From Archangium sp. (GTDB lineage: Bacteria; Myxococcota; Myxococcia; Myxococcales; Myxococcaceae): a DNA stretch of 13,004 bases. Position numbers and translations under genes: made by a program. Numbering within the stretch: position 1 is the stretch's first letter; every line of letters starts with the position of its first letter. Below, in pieces: positions 1 through 9,364 of the stretch. Under the pieces are notes generated by a model that was given only the letters and a program-made list of their open reading frames with translations, did no database searches and had not been told where the DNA came from. Location: assembly GCA_031367385.1 (NCBI GenBank), contig JANLPS010000529.1:1-13004 (forward strand). Reading direction: 5' to 3'.

Positions 1-300
1 TTCGTCGAGTTCGTCGACACCTTCATCACCGTCAACCAGCGCGAGATTCTCACCCAGCATGATCAAGAAGTGCAGGCGTCGATCGGCGTGGTGCTCGAGC
101 GGGCGATGAATGCCGCCAGTGACTCCGACGCGATGGGCTCGCTTCACGAAGCCGTCAGCTACGGTCAGTCGCTCTATGGCCGCAACGGCGACTTCGACAC
201 CTTCTTGCGAAAGCTGCGCAAGACCCCGGTGACCGTCGACACCGTACGCAGCGAAATCGAGCAGTATCTCGTGTTGCTCGCGAACCTCTCGCAGTATTGA
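1..300 (+). CDS. 3' end of a hypothetical protein, truncated by the window edge
   Basis: Frame 1 is open from base 1 (FVEFVDTFITVNQREILTQHDQEVQASIG...LLANLSQY) to TGA at 298-300. Codons end mostly in G/C, and the next gene starts 7 nt later. No family recognised. Confidence 0.75.
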   Translation, partial: FVEFVDTFITVNQREILTQHDQEVQASIGVVLERAMNAASDSDAMGSLHEAVSYGQSLYGRNGDFDTFLRKLRKTPVTVDTVRSEIEQYLVLLANLSQY

Positions 301-307
301 ACGCCGC

Positions 308-1114
308 GTGCGATCGCTTCACCAGGCTGACTTTCGAAAAGTACGAGCCGTCTTCACAGACGTCGACGGTACCCTCACCACCGGCGGCCGCCTGCACTCG
401 ACCACGTTGCGCGCGCTCGAGTGGCTCGTCTCGCACCAGGTCGAGGTCGTGTTGGTCAGCGGCCGGCCCGCGGGGTGGGGCGAGTGCTGGGCACGCCAAC
501 TGCCGGTCGCGGGCGTCATCGTCGAAAACGGAGGCCTCTATTTCGCCCGCGCCCCCGATGGCCGAGTGACCAAAGTCTACGCCCAGCCGTCGGGCCCGAC
601 CCGCGTAGCCAATCGCGCGAGGTTGGTGCGCGAGGTCAACGCCGCGTTGAAGCAGGTGCCCGGAGCCCGCCTCTCGATGGACTCCGCGGCCACCGAGGTC
701 GACCTCGCCATCGACTACGCCGAAGAAGGCCAGCTCGGCCCCGAGGGCGCTGATCGGCTCGAGCACATTCTTCGCAAGCGAGGCATCACCGCGGTGCGCT
801 CGTCGGTGCACGTCAACTGCTGGGTCGGCAGGTTCGACAAACGCTCGATGGTCGAGAAGTTCATTCGCACCGAATGGGGGGCCGTGCTGCGAGCGAACGA
901 CGCGCGGTACGTGTATGTGGGTGACTCGTACAATGACGAGCCCATGTTTCGCGCTTTCTCACTCAGTGTCGGGGTCGCCAACGTGCTCGACGTCGTCGAC
1001 CGCCTCACCCACCTGCCCAAATTCGTGACTCGCGCGCGCGAAGGCACCGGTTTTCGCGAGGTCGCCGATGCGATCATTCGCGGCCAACGCGCGGCTCACC
1101 CGGAGCACCGATGA
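308..1114 (+). CDS. HAD-superfamily hydrolase, subclass IIB (Cof-like phosphatase)
   Basis: Motif I FTDVDGTLT, motif II VSGR, VENGG, motif III K in FDK and motif IV YVGDSYND. GTG start. The stop overlaps the next start (ATGA at 1111-1114). Confidence 0.92.
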   Translation: MRSLHQADFRKVRAVFTDVDGTLTTGGRLHSTTLRALEWLVSHQVEVVLVSGRPAGWGECWARQLPVAGVIVENGGLYFARAPDGRVTKVYAQPSGPTRVANRARLVREVNAALKQVPGARLSMDSAATEVDLAIDYAEEGQLGPEGADRLEHILRKRGITAVRSSVHVNCWVGRFDKRSMVEKFIRTEWGAVLRANDARYVYVGDSYNDEPMFRAFSLSVGVANVLDVVDRLTHLPKFVTRAREGTGFREVADAIIRGQRAAHPEHR

Positions 1115-2313
1115 CCAGTCACCTCGTACGCCTCGAGCTCAAACCCGGTTTGGGCCGTCACCTCAAGGCCGGGCACCCCTGGCTGTTCAAGAAGGGCCTC
1201 GAAGCGATCCCCAAGATTCCCGCGGGGAGCGTGGTCGATCTCGTCGACCAGGGGCGCTTCGTCGCGCGCGGGTATTTCGACCCGTACTCGGCGATCGCGG
1301 TGCGGGTGCTCACGCGCACGCCCTCTGAGGTCATCGACAGCGGCTTCTTCGCCCGCAAGCTTCAGGAGTGTTTCGACGCCCGTCAACGCCAGCTCGACTT
1401 GACCGACACCAACGCCTACCGCCTCGTGCACGGTGAGGGCGACGGGCTGCCTGGCGTGATCATCGATTTGTACGACGGCTGGGCAGTGCTCAAGCTGTAC
1501 TCGGCAGGGCTGACGCCGCATCGGCCGCTGATCGTCGAGGCGCTGCGAAAAGCAGTGCCGGGCTTGAAAGGCGTCGTCGGCCGCGACGAAGTGGGCCGTG
1601 ACGACGCGGAGATCGACGAAGAGAAGGGCTCGGCGAAGATGCTCTGGGGCGCCGAAGCGCCGCTGCCACTCGAGATTCTCGAGCGTGGAGTGAAGTTCGC
1701 GGTCGATGTGTACACCGGCCAGAAGACCGGGTTCTTTCTCGACCAACGCGAGAACCGCCATTTGATGAAGCGCTTCGGCGCCGGCCGCGACGTGCTCAAT
1801 TGCTTTTGTTTTTCAGGCGGCTTCTCGGTGAACGCGGCGTTGGGCGGAGCGAAGAGCGTGTTCTCGGTTGATCAAGACGCCGACGCCGTCGCCTTGGCGC
1901 GCGAGAACTTCACCCGCAATGGGCTCGAGGCCAGCAAGCACGACTTTCTCGCAGCCGACGTGTTCGACGTGCTCGATTCGTTCAAGCAGGAGCGCCGTCA
2001 GTTCGATCTGATCATCCTCGACCCTCCGGCGTTCGCGAAGAGCCAGAAGGCGGTCGAGGCGGCCATCGATGGGTACATCTCGCTCAACCGTCAGGCGTTG
2101 GCGGTGCTCAAACCAGGCGGGCTCCTCGCCACGGCCAGCTGCTCGGCCCGCGTCGGCCCAGAAGATTTCTTCGAAGCGATCAAGCAGGCGGGGTTCAACG
2201 CGCAGGTCGACTTGACCCTGGTCGAAGAGCGCTACCAGCCTCCAGACCACCCGATTCGCACTCAGTTTCGCGAAGGCCGGTACTTGAAGTTCTTGGTGCT
2301 GCAGGCGCGGTAG
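1111..2313 (+). CDS. rlmI: RlmI/RlmK-family class I SAM-dependent rRNA methyltransferase (PUA domain plus MTase domain), probably 23S rRNA m5C1962
   Basis: N-terminal GHPWLF PUA motif, RLVHGEGDGLPG, GQKTGFFLDQRENR, SAM-binding LNCFCFSGGFS, ILDPPAF, catalytic ASCS and C-terminal PPDHP...YLK. Exact target base is inferred from the family. Confidence 0.88.
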   Translation: MTSHLVRLELKPGLGRHLKAGHPWLFKKGLEAIPKIPAGSVVDLVDQGRFVARGYFDPYSAIAVRVLTRTPSEVIDSGFFARKLQECFDARQRQLDLTDTNAYRLVHGEGDGLPGVIIDLYDGWAVLKLYSAGLTPHRPLIVEALRKAVPGLKGVVGRDEVGRDDAEIDEEKGSAKMLWGAEAPLPLEILERGVKFAVDVYTGQKTGFFLDQRENRHLMKRFGAGRDVLNCFCFSGGFSVNAALGGAKSVFSVDQDADAVALARENFTRNGLEASKHDFLAADVFDVLDSFKQERRQFDLIILDPPAFAKSQKAVEAAIDGYISLNRQALAVLKPGGLLATASCSARVGPEDFFEAIKQAGFNAQVDLTLVEERYQPPDHPIRTQFREGRYLKFLVLQAR

Positions 2314-2330
2314 TCGAAAACGGTTTGCAC

Positions 2331-2359
2331 TTGCCTCGGCGGGTGGGGGTCTGTACGGC
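2331..2359 (+). promoter_or_regulatory. Putative sigma70-type promoter for the lipoprotein gene
   Basis: TTGCCT (2331-2336), 17-nt spacer, TACGGC (2354-2359). Same layout as the candidate upstream of yajC. The -10 lacks the final T. Confidence 0.3.
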
Positions 2360-2386
2360 GCGACTCCCTTTTTGCCCCGAGGCCCC

Positions 2387-2980
2387 ATGAATTCGTTGAA
2401 GCTTCTCACCAGCGCGCTGGCGCTGTGCACCCTGGCTGCATGTCAGAACGGTCAACCGCGCGTGTACCGCGTGGCGGTCGACATCACGCCGATCAAGACG
2501 CTGCAAGACCCGCAGTGCTTCAAGGCCAACATGCCTCCAAACTCGCTCACCGTGCAGGAGCAGAACTACCGCAGCGAGACCACCTGGGTCGTGTGGGACG
2601 GCGCGGGCACCAAGCAGTTCATGGACATGGGCTTGAGCAAGTTCATCCTGGGTGACTCGCCGCAGGTCGTCGTCGACGATTTGATCGAGGGCGCTGATCG
2701 CTCGTTCACTGCCACTCGGGTTCGCACGCTGCGCACCGACATCACCGAGCTCGAGAAGACCATCGTGATCGCCAATTGGAATGATCTGGGCGCGACCCCG
2801 GTCGGTACCATCGTCATCGACGCGAGCTACCAATGCGCCGATGGGTTGGCCAAGTGCCCGAACGAGCCGAACAAACGCTCGTGCAAGCAGACGCTGAATT
2901 TCTGGGGGCGAAAAATCGAGGTTGCCGAGACCAGCGAGATTTCGAGCGTCGGTGGTGGCCTGACCGTCACGACGCTGTAG
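2387..2980 (+). CDS. Hypothetical lipoprotein (197 aa)
   Basis: ATG at 2387 follows GAGG (2379-2382). Signal MNSLKLLTSALALCTLAA-C has a lipobox (LAAC). The mature part is Thr/Val-rich with 4 further Cys. The TTG start at 2372 in the ORF track is less likely. Confidence 0.8.
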   Translation: MNSLKLLTSALALCTLAACQNGQPRVYRVAVDITPIKTLQDPQCFKANMPPNSLTVQEQNYRSETTWVVWDGAGTKQFMDMGLSKFILGDSPQVVVDDLIEGADRSFTATRVRTLRTDITELEKTIVIANWNDLGATPVGTIVIDASYQCADGLAKCPNEPNKRSCKQTLNFWGRKIEVAETSEISSVGGGLTVTTL

Positions 2981-2996
2981 GCTTCGGCGCAACGCC

Positions 2997-3644
2997 ATGG
3001 TGGTCAAGGGCCAGTTTCTCGAGCGACCGACGCTGATACCGACCGAGCATGGCTTGGTGCTCGAGGGCATTTCGCATCGAGGTACGAAGCGGCCGTTGCT
3101 GTTGGTGCTGCCTCCGACTCCAAACGAGGGCGGAGGCATGGACCACGTGGTGTTGGCCGAGCTCGTCTACGCAGCGGCACACGCGGGCCACCCGACGTTG
3201 CGCTTCAATTACCGGGGGGTCGGTGCGAGCCAGGGCTCTCGTGAGGCGACTCCGAAGACGCTGATGCAAGACGCGTGGGCCGCCTATGCCCTCGCCGTCG
3301 ACAATGCCGACGGAGGCACGCCGGTGATCGCTTCGTTGGGAGGCTCGGATGCCGTGGCGTGGCAGCTGAGCAAAGACCACCCGGTCGCGGGGCTGCTCTT
3401 CATCAACCCGTCGTTGGTGGGGCCTGATGACATCGCGCAGTCTCCGTTCGAAGTGTCGGCGGTGCTGGCCGAGCTCGACGCGACCCAGCCTCGCGCCGAG
3501 TGGGCCGCGGTTCTCGAGACACGTGGGCAGGTGCTCACCGTGGTGCCCGGCGCCGACCGCGGGTACCAACGCAATCTCCTGATGGTCGGCAAGGCAGGCG
3601 CCGCATTTCTCGCGCGGGTCTCTCAGACGCTCTCAATGCTCTGA
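2997..3644 (+). CDS. Alpha/beta-hydrolase-fold protein (COG2945-like), probably catalytically degenerate
   Basis: GGGMDHVV and TLRFNYRGVGASQG are typical of this family. The elbow reads IASLGG, the acid motif AELD, and GADR stands in place of GADH. Confidence 0.8.
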   Translation: MVVKGQFLERPTLIPTEHGLVLEGISHRGTKRPLLLVLPPTPNEGGGMDHVVLAELVYAAAHAGHPTLRFNYRGVGASQGSREATPKTLMQDAWAAYALAVDNADGGTPVIASLGGSDAVAWQLSKDHPVAGLLFINPSLVGPDDIAQSPFEVSAVLAELDATQPRAEWAAVLETRGQVLTVVPGADRGYQRNLLMVGKAGAAFLARVSQTLSML

Positions 3645-3712
3645 ATTTGCTCGGCGGCTGTAGGTGCGACACGCTTCAGCACGCGCCTTTGCGGAACTTC
3701 ACCTTGCTCCGT

Positions 3713-3738
3713 GGAACACTGGTCTAGAGCCAATCGTT
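3713..3738 (+). promoter_or_regulatory. Possible ECF-sigma promoter for the S8 protease gene
   Basis: GGAAC (3713-3717), 17 nt, CGTT (3735-3738) fits the general AAC...CGT ECF promoter pattern. A second GGAAC lies 20 bp upstream (3693-3697). Confidence 0.3.
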
Positions 3739-3775
3739 TCTGCCGTCGTTCGTACGGGCCCCCGCGAGGAAAAAC

Positions 3776-5623
3776 ATGCGATATTCTGCTGCCTTAGCTG
3801 TGTTGATTTCAGTGGCTGCGTACGCTGATCAGAGCCCCCTCATCTCAGATGCGCCCTCTGCGCTTTCGCAGACCGTCGACCGCGAGATCATCGTCGACTT
3901 CAAAGACGGCACGACCAAGGCCGAGTTCGACGCGTGGGAGCAAGCGTGGGGCGTTGATCTCGAGCTCAACGATCTCATCGAAGGCCCCGACAGCGCGATC
4001 ACCATCGGCCACGTGCCCGAAGGCGTCGACGAAGACGCGCTGCTCGAGCGCATTCGCAGCAACCCCAACGTCGAGGTCGCTGAGCCGATGGCTTTGGTGC
4101 ACGCGAGCTACGCGCCGAACGACCCGCTCTTCGAAAAACAGTGGAACCTGCGAATGATCAACATGCCCAAGGCGTGGGATCGCAGCAAAGGCAAAGGCGT
4201 TGTGGTCGCCGTCATCGACACCGGCATCGCGTACGAGGACTACCAGGAGTTTCGGCAGGTGCCCGACTTGAAGGGCGTGAAGTTCGTGACCGGGTACGAC
4301 TTCGTCAACGACACCGAGCACGCGAACGATGATCAGAGCCACGGCACCCACGTCGCTGGCACCATCGCGCAGGCCACCAACAACGGTGAAGGCGTCGCCG
4401 GAGTCGCCTTCGAGGCGACCCTGATGCCGGTCAAGGTGCTGAACCACTTCGGCAGTGGCAACACCGCTGACATCGCCGATGCGATTCGCTTCGCGGCTGA
4501 TCACGGCGCGAAGGTCATCAACATGTCGCTTGGTGGTGGCGGTCGTTCGGCGGTGATGGAGCACGCGGTCGAATACGCCCGCGCACATGGCACCGTCGTG
4601 GTGTGCGCGGCTGGTAACGGTGGTCGCGGCATCGTCGAGTACCCGGCGGCGTACCCGGGCTCGGTCGCCGTTGGCGCGGTCGGGCCGACCGGCGCCAAGG
4701 CCCCGTACTCATCATGGGGCAAGGAGCTCGACATCGCCGCGCCCGGCGGCGACAAGTCGCAAGGTGACGAGGGCGGCATCGTGCAGAACACCATCGACCC
4801 ACAAGACCCGTCGAAGTCGATCTACGCGTCGTTTCAGGGCACTTCGATGGCGACCCCGCATGTCGCGGCGGTTGCCGCGTTGCTCTGGGCCGCGGGGGCG
4901 AAGAATGTTGATCAGGTCGAGAAGGCCTTGTTCGCGAGCGCGAAGCCGCCGGCGGGTACGCGTGGGTGGTCTGAGCAGTTCGGGCACGGCATTCTCGACG
5001 CCGAGGGCGCGTTGGCGGCGCTCAAGGGCAGCGACTCGGCGACGGGTGATGCGCGCGACGTCGACCTGAGCTCAGAGCAGGTCGACTCAGCGACCGGTGA
5101 GGTCACCGCGTTCTCGTTCGGACCCCTCGAGTGGAAGCCCTTTGCCTTCGCAGCCGCGATGTTGGCGTTCGTGCTGTTGACCTTGGGTCGCAAGGAACGC
5201 CCGGGGTATTTGAACGTGCTCGTTTCTCCGGGCTTCTTGTTGCCGCTGGCGGTGACCACGATGGGCGTCTTCGTCGCTCGGTGGGTCGCTGCGCCGAGTG
5301 AATTCGCCACGTCGATCGTCCTGCCCATCCCCGATTGGCTCAACAAGATCATCTTCGGTCGTGGCGCGCTGGCCAACCCCATCGTCTACAGCGCGATACC
5401 GGCCTTCGTCTTGGCGATGATCGCAATACCGATGAAGGCCATTCGCCCGGCGGTCGGCGGCGTGGCGATCGGGTTCGCGGCGATTCTGGCATACACCGCG
5501 TGGTCGCATGCACCGGCGCTGGCGTGGTTGCCCTTCACGTTCATCGCGCTGCCGTGGCTGCTGGTGAATGCCCTGATTTGTCTCTTCATCGCCCGCGCGA
5601 TGCTGAAGAAAGAGGCCGTCTGA
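3776..5623 (+). CDS. Subtilisin-like serine peptidase (family S8) with signal peptide, propeptide and C-terminal multi-pass membrane domain
   Basis: SD GAGGA precedes the ATG, and the signal peptide ends AYA. Intact triad VIDTG, HGTHVAG, GTSMATPHVA plus oxyanion AAGN. About 5 hydrophobic segments follow position 5132. Confidence 0.95.
   Translation: MRYSAALAVLISVAAYADQSPLISDAPSALSQTVDREIIVDFKDGTTKAEFDAWEQAWGVDLELNDLIEGPDSAITIGHVPEGVDEDALLERIRSNPNVEVAEPMALVHASYAPNDPLFEKQWNLRMINMPKAWDRSKGKGVVVAVIDTGIAYEDYQEFRQVPDLKGVKFVTGYDFVNDTEHANDDQSHGTHVAGTIAQATNNGEGVAGVAFEATLMPVKVLNHFGSGNTADIADAIRFAADHGAKVINMSLGGGGRSAVMEHAVEYARAHGTVVVCAAGNGGRGIVEYPAAYPGSVAVGAVGPTGAKAPYSSWGKELDIAAPGGDKSQGDEGGIVQNTIDPQDPSKSIYASFQGTSMATPHVAAVAALLWAAGAKNVDQVEKALFASAKPPAGTRGWSEQFGHGILDAEGALAALKGSDSATGDARDVDLSSEQVDSATGEVTAFSFGPLEWKPFAFAAAMLAFVLLTLGRKERPGYLNVLVSPGFLLPLAVTTMGVFVARWVAAPSEFATSIVLPIPDWLNKIIFGRGALANPIVYSAIPAFVLAMIAIPMKAIRPAVGGVAIGFAAILAYTAWSHAPALAWLPFTFIALPWLLVNALICLFIARAMLKKEAV
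5032..5100 (+). repeat. Imperfect 18-bp direct repeat (51-bp period) enclosing a 9-bp inverted repeat in the S8 linker
   Basis: CGACTCGGCGACGGGTGA (5032-5049) and CGACTCAGCGACCGGTGA (5083-5100) differ at 2 positions, and both encode DSATG. GTCGACCTG (5060-5068) pairs with CAGGTCGAC (5078-5086). Confidence 0.65.
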
Positions 5624-5838
5624 TGAAGCTCTCGGGCAAGGTGACGTTCAAAGACATCGAGACCGGAGTCTGGGTGCTCGAGGCTGACGATGGGCAGACG
5701 TATTTGCTCGCTGGCGGCGACCGCAAGATCAAGAAGAACGGAGCGCGAATTACGGTCGAGGGCGACGTCGACGGCTCGTCGATGACCTCGGCCATGGTCG
5801 GGCCCCGGTTCGTCGTGAAGTCGTACTCATTCGCCTAG
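5623..5838 (+). CDS. Small 71-aa hypothetical protein, beta-rich and OB-fold-like (resembles DUF5818 from memory, unverified)
   Basis: ATG overlaps the S8 stop (TGATG at 5621-5625), with SD AGAGG at 5611-5615. Sequence MKLSGKVTFKDIETGVWVLEADDGQTYLLAGG...RFVVKSYSFA. It is the C-terminal part of the 5335..5838 ORF-track entry. Confidence 0.82.
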   Translation: MKLSGKVTFKDIETGVWVLEADDGQTYLLAGGDRKIKKNGARITVEGDVDGSSMTSAMVGPRFVVKSYSFA

Positions 5839-5877
5839 GCACGCCGCGCCCGGGGCGCTGTATAGACGTCGCCCCAG

Positions 5878-8123
<2,246 letters not shown>

Positions 8124-8159
8124 TCATTGATATTGTATTTATGATTACAATATCAATGA
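8124..8159. repeat. AT-rich perfect inverted repeat: 14-bp arms with an 8-bp spacer
   Basis: TCATTGATATTGTA (8124-8137), TTTATGAT (8138-8145), TACAATATCAATGA (8146-8159). Only 7 of 36 bases are G/C. It fills the whole gap between convergent stop codons. Confidence 0.95.
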
Positions 8160-8900
8160 TTATGGCCCGCCATCAGAGAACCCCGGCCGGCAGAGCCCTT
8201 GAACGCAACCGACTGACGTGAAGGGTACGCACACACCGCTGGCCTGGCACGAGCTCGACGCGCAGTAGGTGGCCAGCGACGCCTGGGCCGCGTCGCGAAA
8301 GCCGGCCACATCGCTGACCGCCACCCCCGAGCAACTGCCGTAACTGATGCAATTCTGGGCGAGCGTCACCAGGCTGCAATCGGCACCTGAGGTACAGCCC
8401 GCATGTGCTCGGCGAAGGCGCTCGAGCCTGCATTCTTCGTTCTCTTCGTGCGGGCAGTAAAAAAGTGGGTCGACCAGGTCGCACTCGTCGACCCCACCTG
8501 CGAACCCTGCATCGAAGTCGATGATCTTCACCTGGCAGGTGCCCTCGACGCAGATCGATCGCAGTGCGTCAGAGGGGCAGACCCATTCGACCTCGCAAGA
8601 CGCCGTGCCACACGCGGCTTCAATCAACGGCAGCACCTCGTTCTCGAACCTCGTGCCGGTCAGGCGGTTGACGCTGACCGCGTGACACCGCGCATAGCCG
8701 GCGCAATTGGCCGGCAACCGGGCCAAACGGCAATCTGCGTCTCGGGCGCACGAGCCTTCGCTGACCCGCAGCTGCTCGGCACGGCACAGCCCCAGGTCTG
8801 AGCTTGGGCACACGCCACCTCCGTCATGTGCGCACGCGACGACCGTCTTCACGCAACCGGCGAGCAGGAGCGGCACCAGCGTGAGCCCCACCCGTGTCAT
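8160..8900 (-). CDS. Cys-rich lipoprotein (246 aa) with two tandem 12-Cys domains
   Basis: Probable start is the ATG at 8900, preceded by GAGG. Signal MTRVGLTLVPLLLAG-C has a lipobox (LAGC). 25 Cys in total, with a clear internal duplication. The extra 91 N-terminal residues in the ORF track overlap the upstream gene and look spurious. Confidence 0.85.
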   Translation of the reverse strand: MTRVGLTLVPLLLAGCVKTVVACAHDGGGVCPSSDLGLCRAEQLRVSEGSCARDADCRLARLPANCAGYARCHAVSVNRLTGTRFENEVLPLIEAACGTASCEVEWVCPSDALRSICVEGTCQVKIIDFDAGFAGGVDECDLVDPLFYCPHEENEECRLERLRRAHAGCTSGADCSLVTLAQNCISYGSCSGVAVSDVAGFRDAAQASLATYCASSSCQASGVCVPFTSVGCVQGLCRPGFSDGGP

Positions 8901-8916
8901 GCGTTTCGTCGCCTCG

Positions 8917-9258
8917 TTAGCGCTTGACGTTATCGGGCTGACACGACTTCTTGCCGGCCGACTCCGTGCCCTTGATCTCAGCGCACTGGTAGTTGATGCG
9001 GCACTCGCTGTTCGTGGTGCAATAATTCGAGCACACCTGAACCGAAGCCCCGAAGTAGGTGCAGACCGTGCCTCCGGGGCAGTCTTTGAGGCTGCCCTCG
9101 ACCGCGCAGGCCTTCGAGCAGAACCCGGCCGGTGCAGCAGTGACGCAGCTCTCACCTGAAACGCACTGATCACGGGTGGTGCATTCGCCTCCCAGCGTGA
9201 TCACTTGCCCGCAGGCGACGATGAACAAAATGCTCGAGACGGCGAAGGCTCGCACCAT
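8917..9258 (-). CDS. Small Cys-rich lipoprotein (113 aa)
   Basis: Signal MVRAFAVSSILFIVA-C has a lipobox (IVAC). 12 further Cys lie in repeating patterns such as CTTRDQC, CTTNSEC, CSKAC, CSNYC and CPGGTVC. It ends 16 nt upstream of the next minus-strand gene. Confidence 0.88.
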   Translation of the reverse strand: MVRAFAVSSILFIVACGQVITLGGECTTRDQCVSGESCVTAAPAGFCSKACAVEGSLKDCPGGTVCTYFGASVQVCSNYCTTNSECRINYQCAEIKGTESAGKKSCQPDNVKR

Positions 9259-9317
9259 GGGCGCCGCGCTGTAGCACGGGGGGCGCCGGCCCAGGTACCG
9301 AAAGGTGGGCGTCGTCC

Positions 9318-9346
9318 TTGCCGTGCCCCAGGGTGCCTGCTACACG
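9318..9346 (+). promoter_or_regulatory. Putative sigma70-type promoter for yajC-secD-secF
   Basis: TTGCCG (9318-9323), 17-nt spacer with extended TG at 9338-9339, TACACG (9341-9346), then a GC-rich discriminator. Confidence 0.45.
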
Positions 9347-9364
9347 GGCGCCCTCTTGATCTCC

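Noticed and set aside
5839..5877. Possible preQ1 riboswitch upstream of queA
   Set aside because: The gap is only 39 nt and lacks the A-rich 3' tail and loop consensus of class I preQ1 aptamers. It is too short for class II or III.
8124..8159. Palindrome as a CRISPR repeat or chromosomal dif site
   Set aside because: It is a single copy with no spacers or cas genes. dif has 11-bp arms around a 6-bp core with a TTATGTTAAAT-like XerD arm, which does not match the 14-8-14 layout.
8901..9173. N-terminal extension of the 337-aa minus-strand ORF, suggesting a fusion or frameshift of the two lipoproteins
   Set aside because: The extension is an out-of-frame reading of the upstream gene. Each lipoprotein has its own signal peptide and lipobox, and the downstream one has its own SD.
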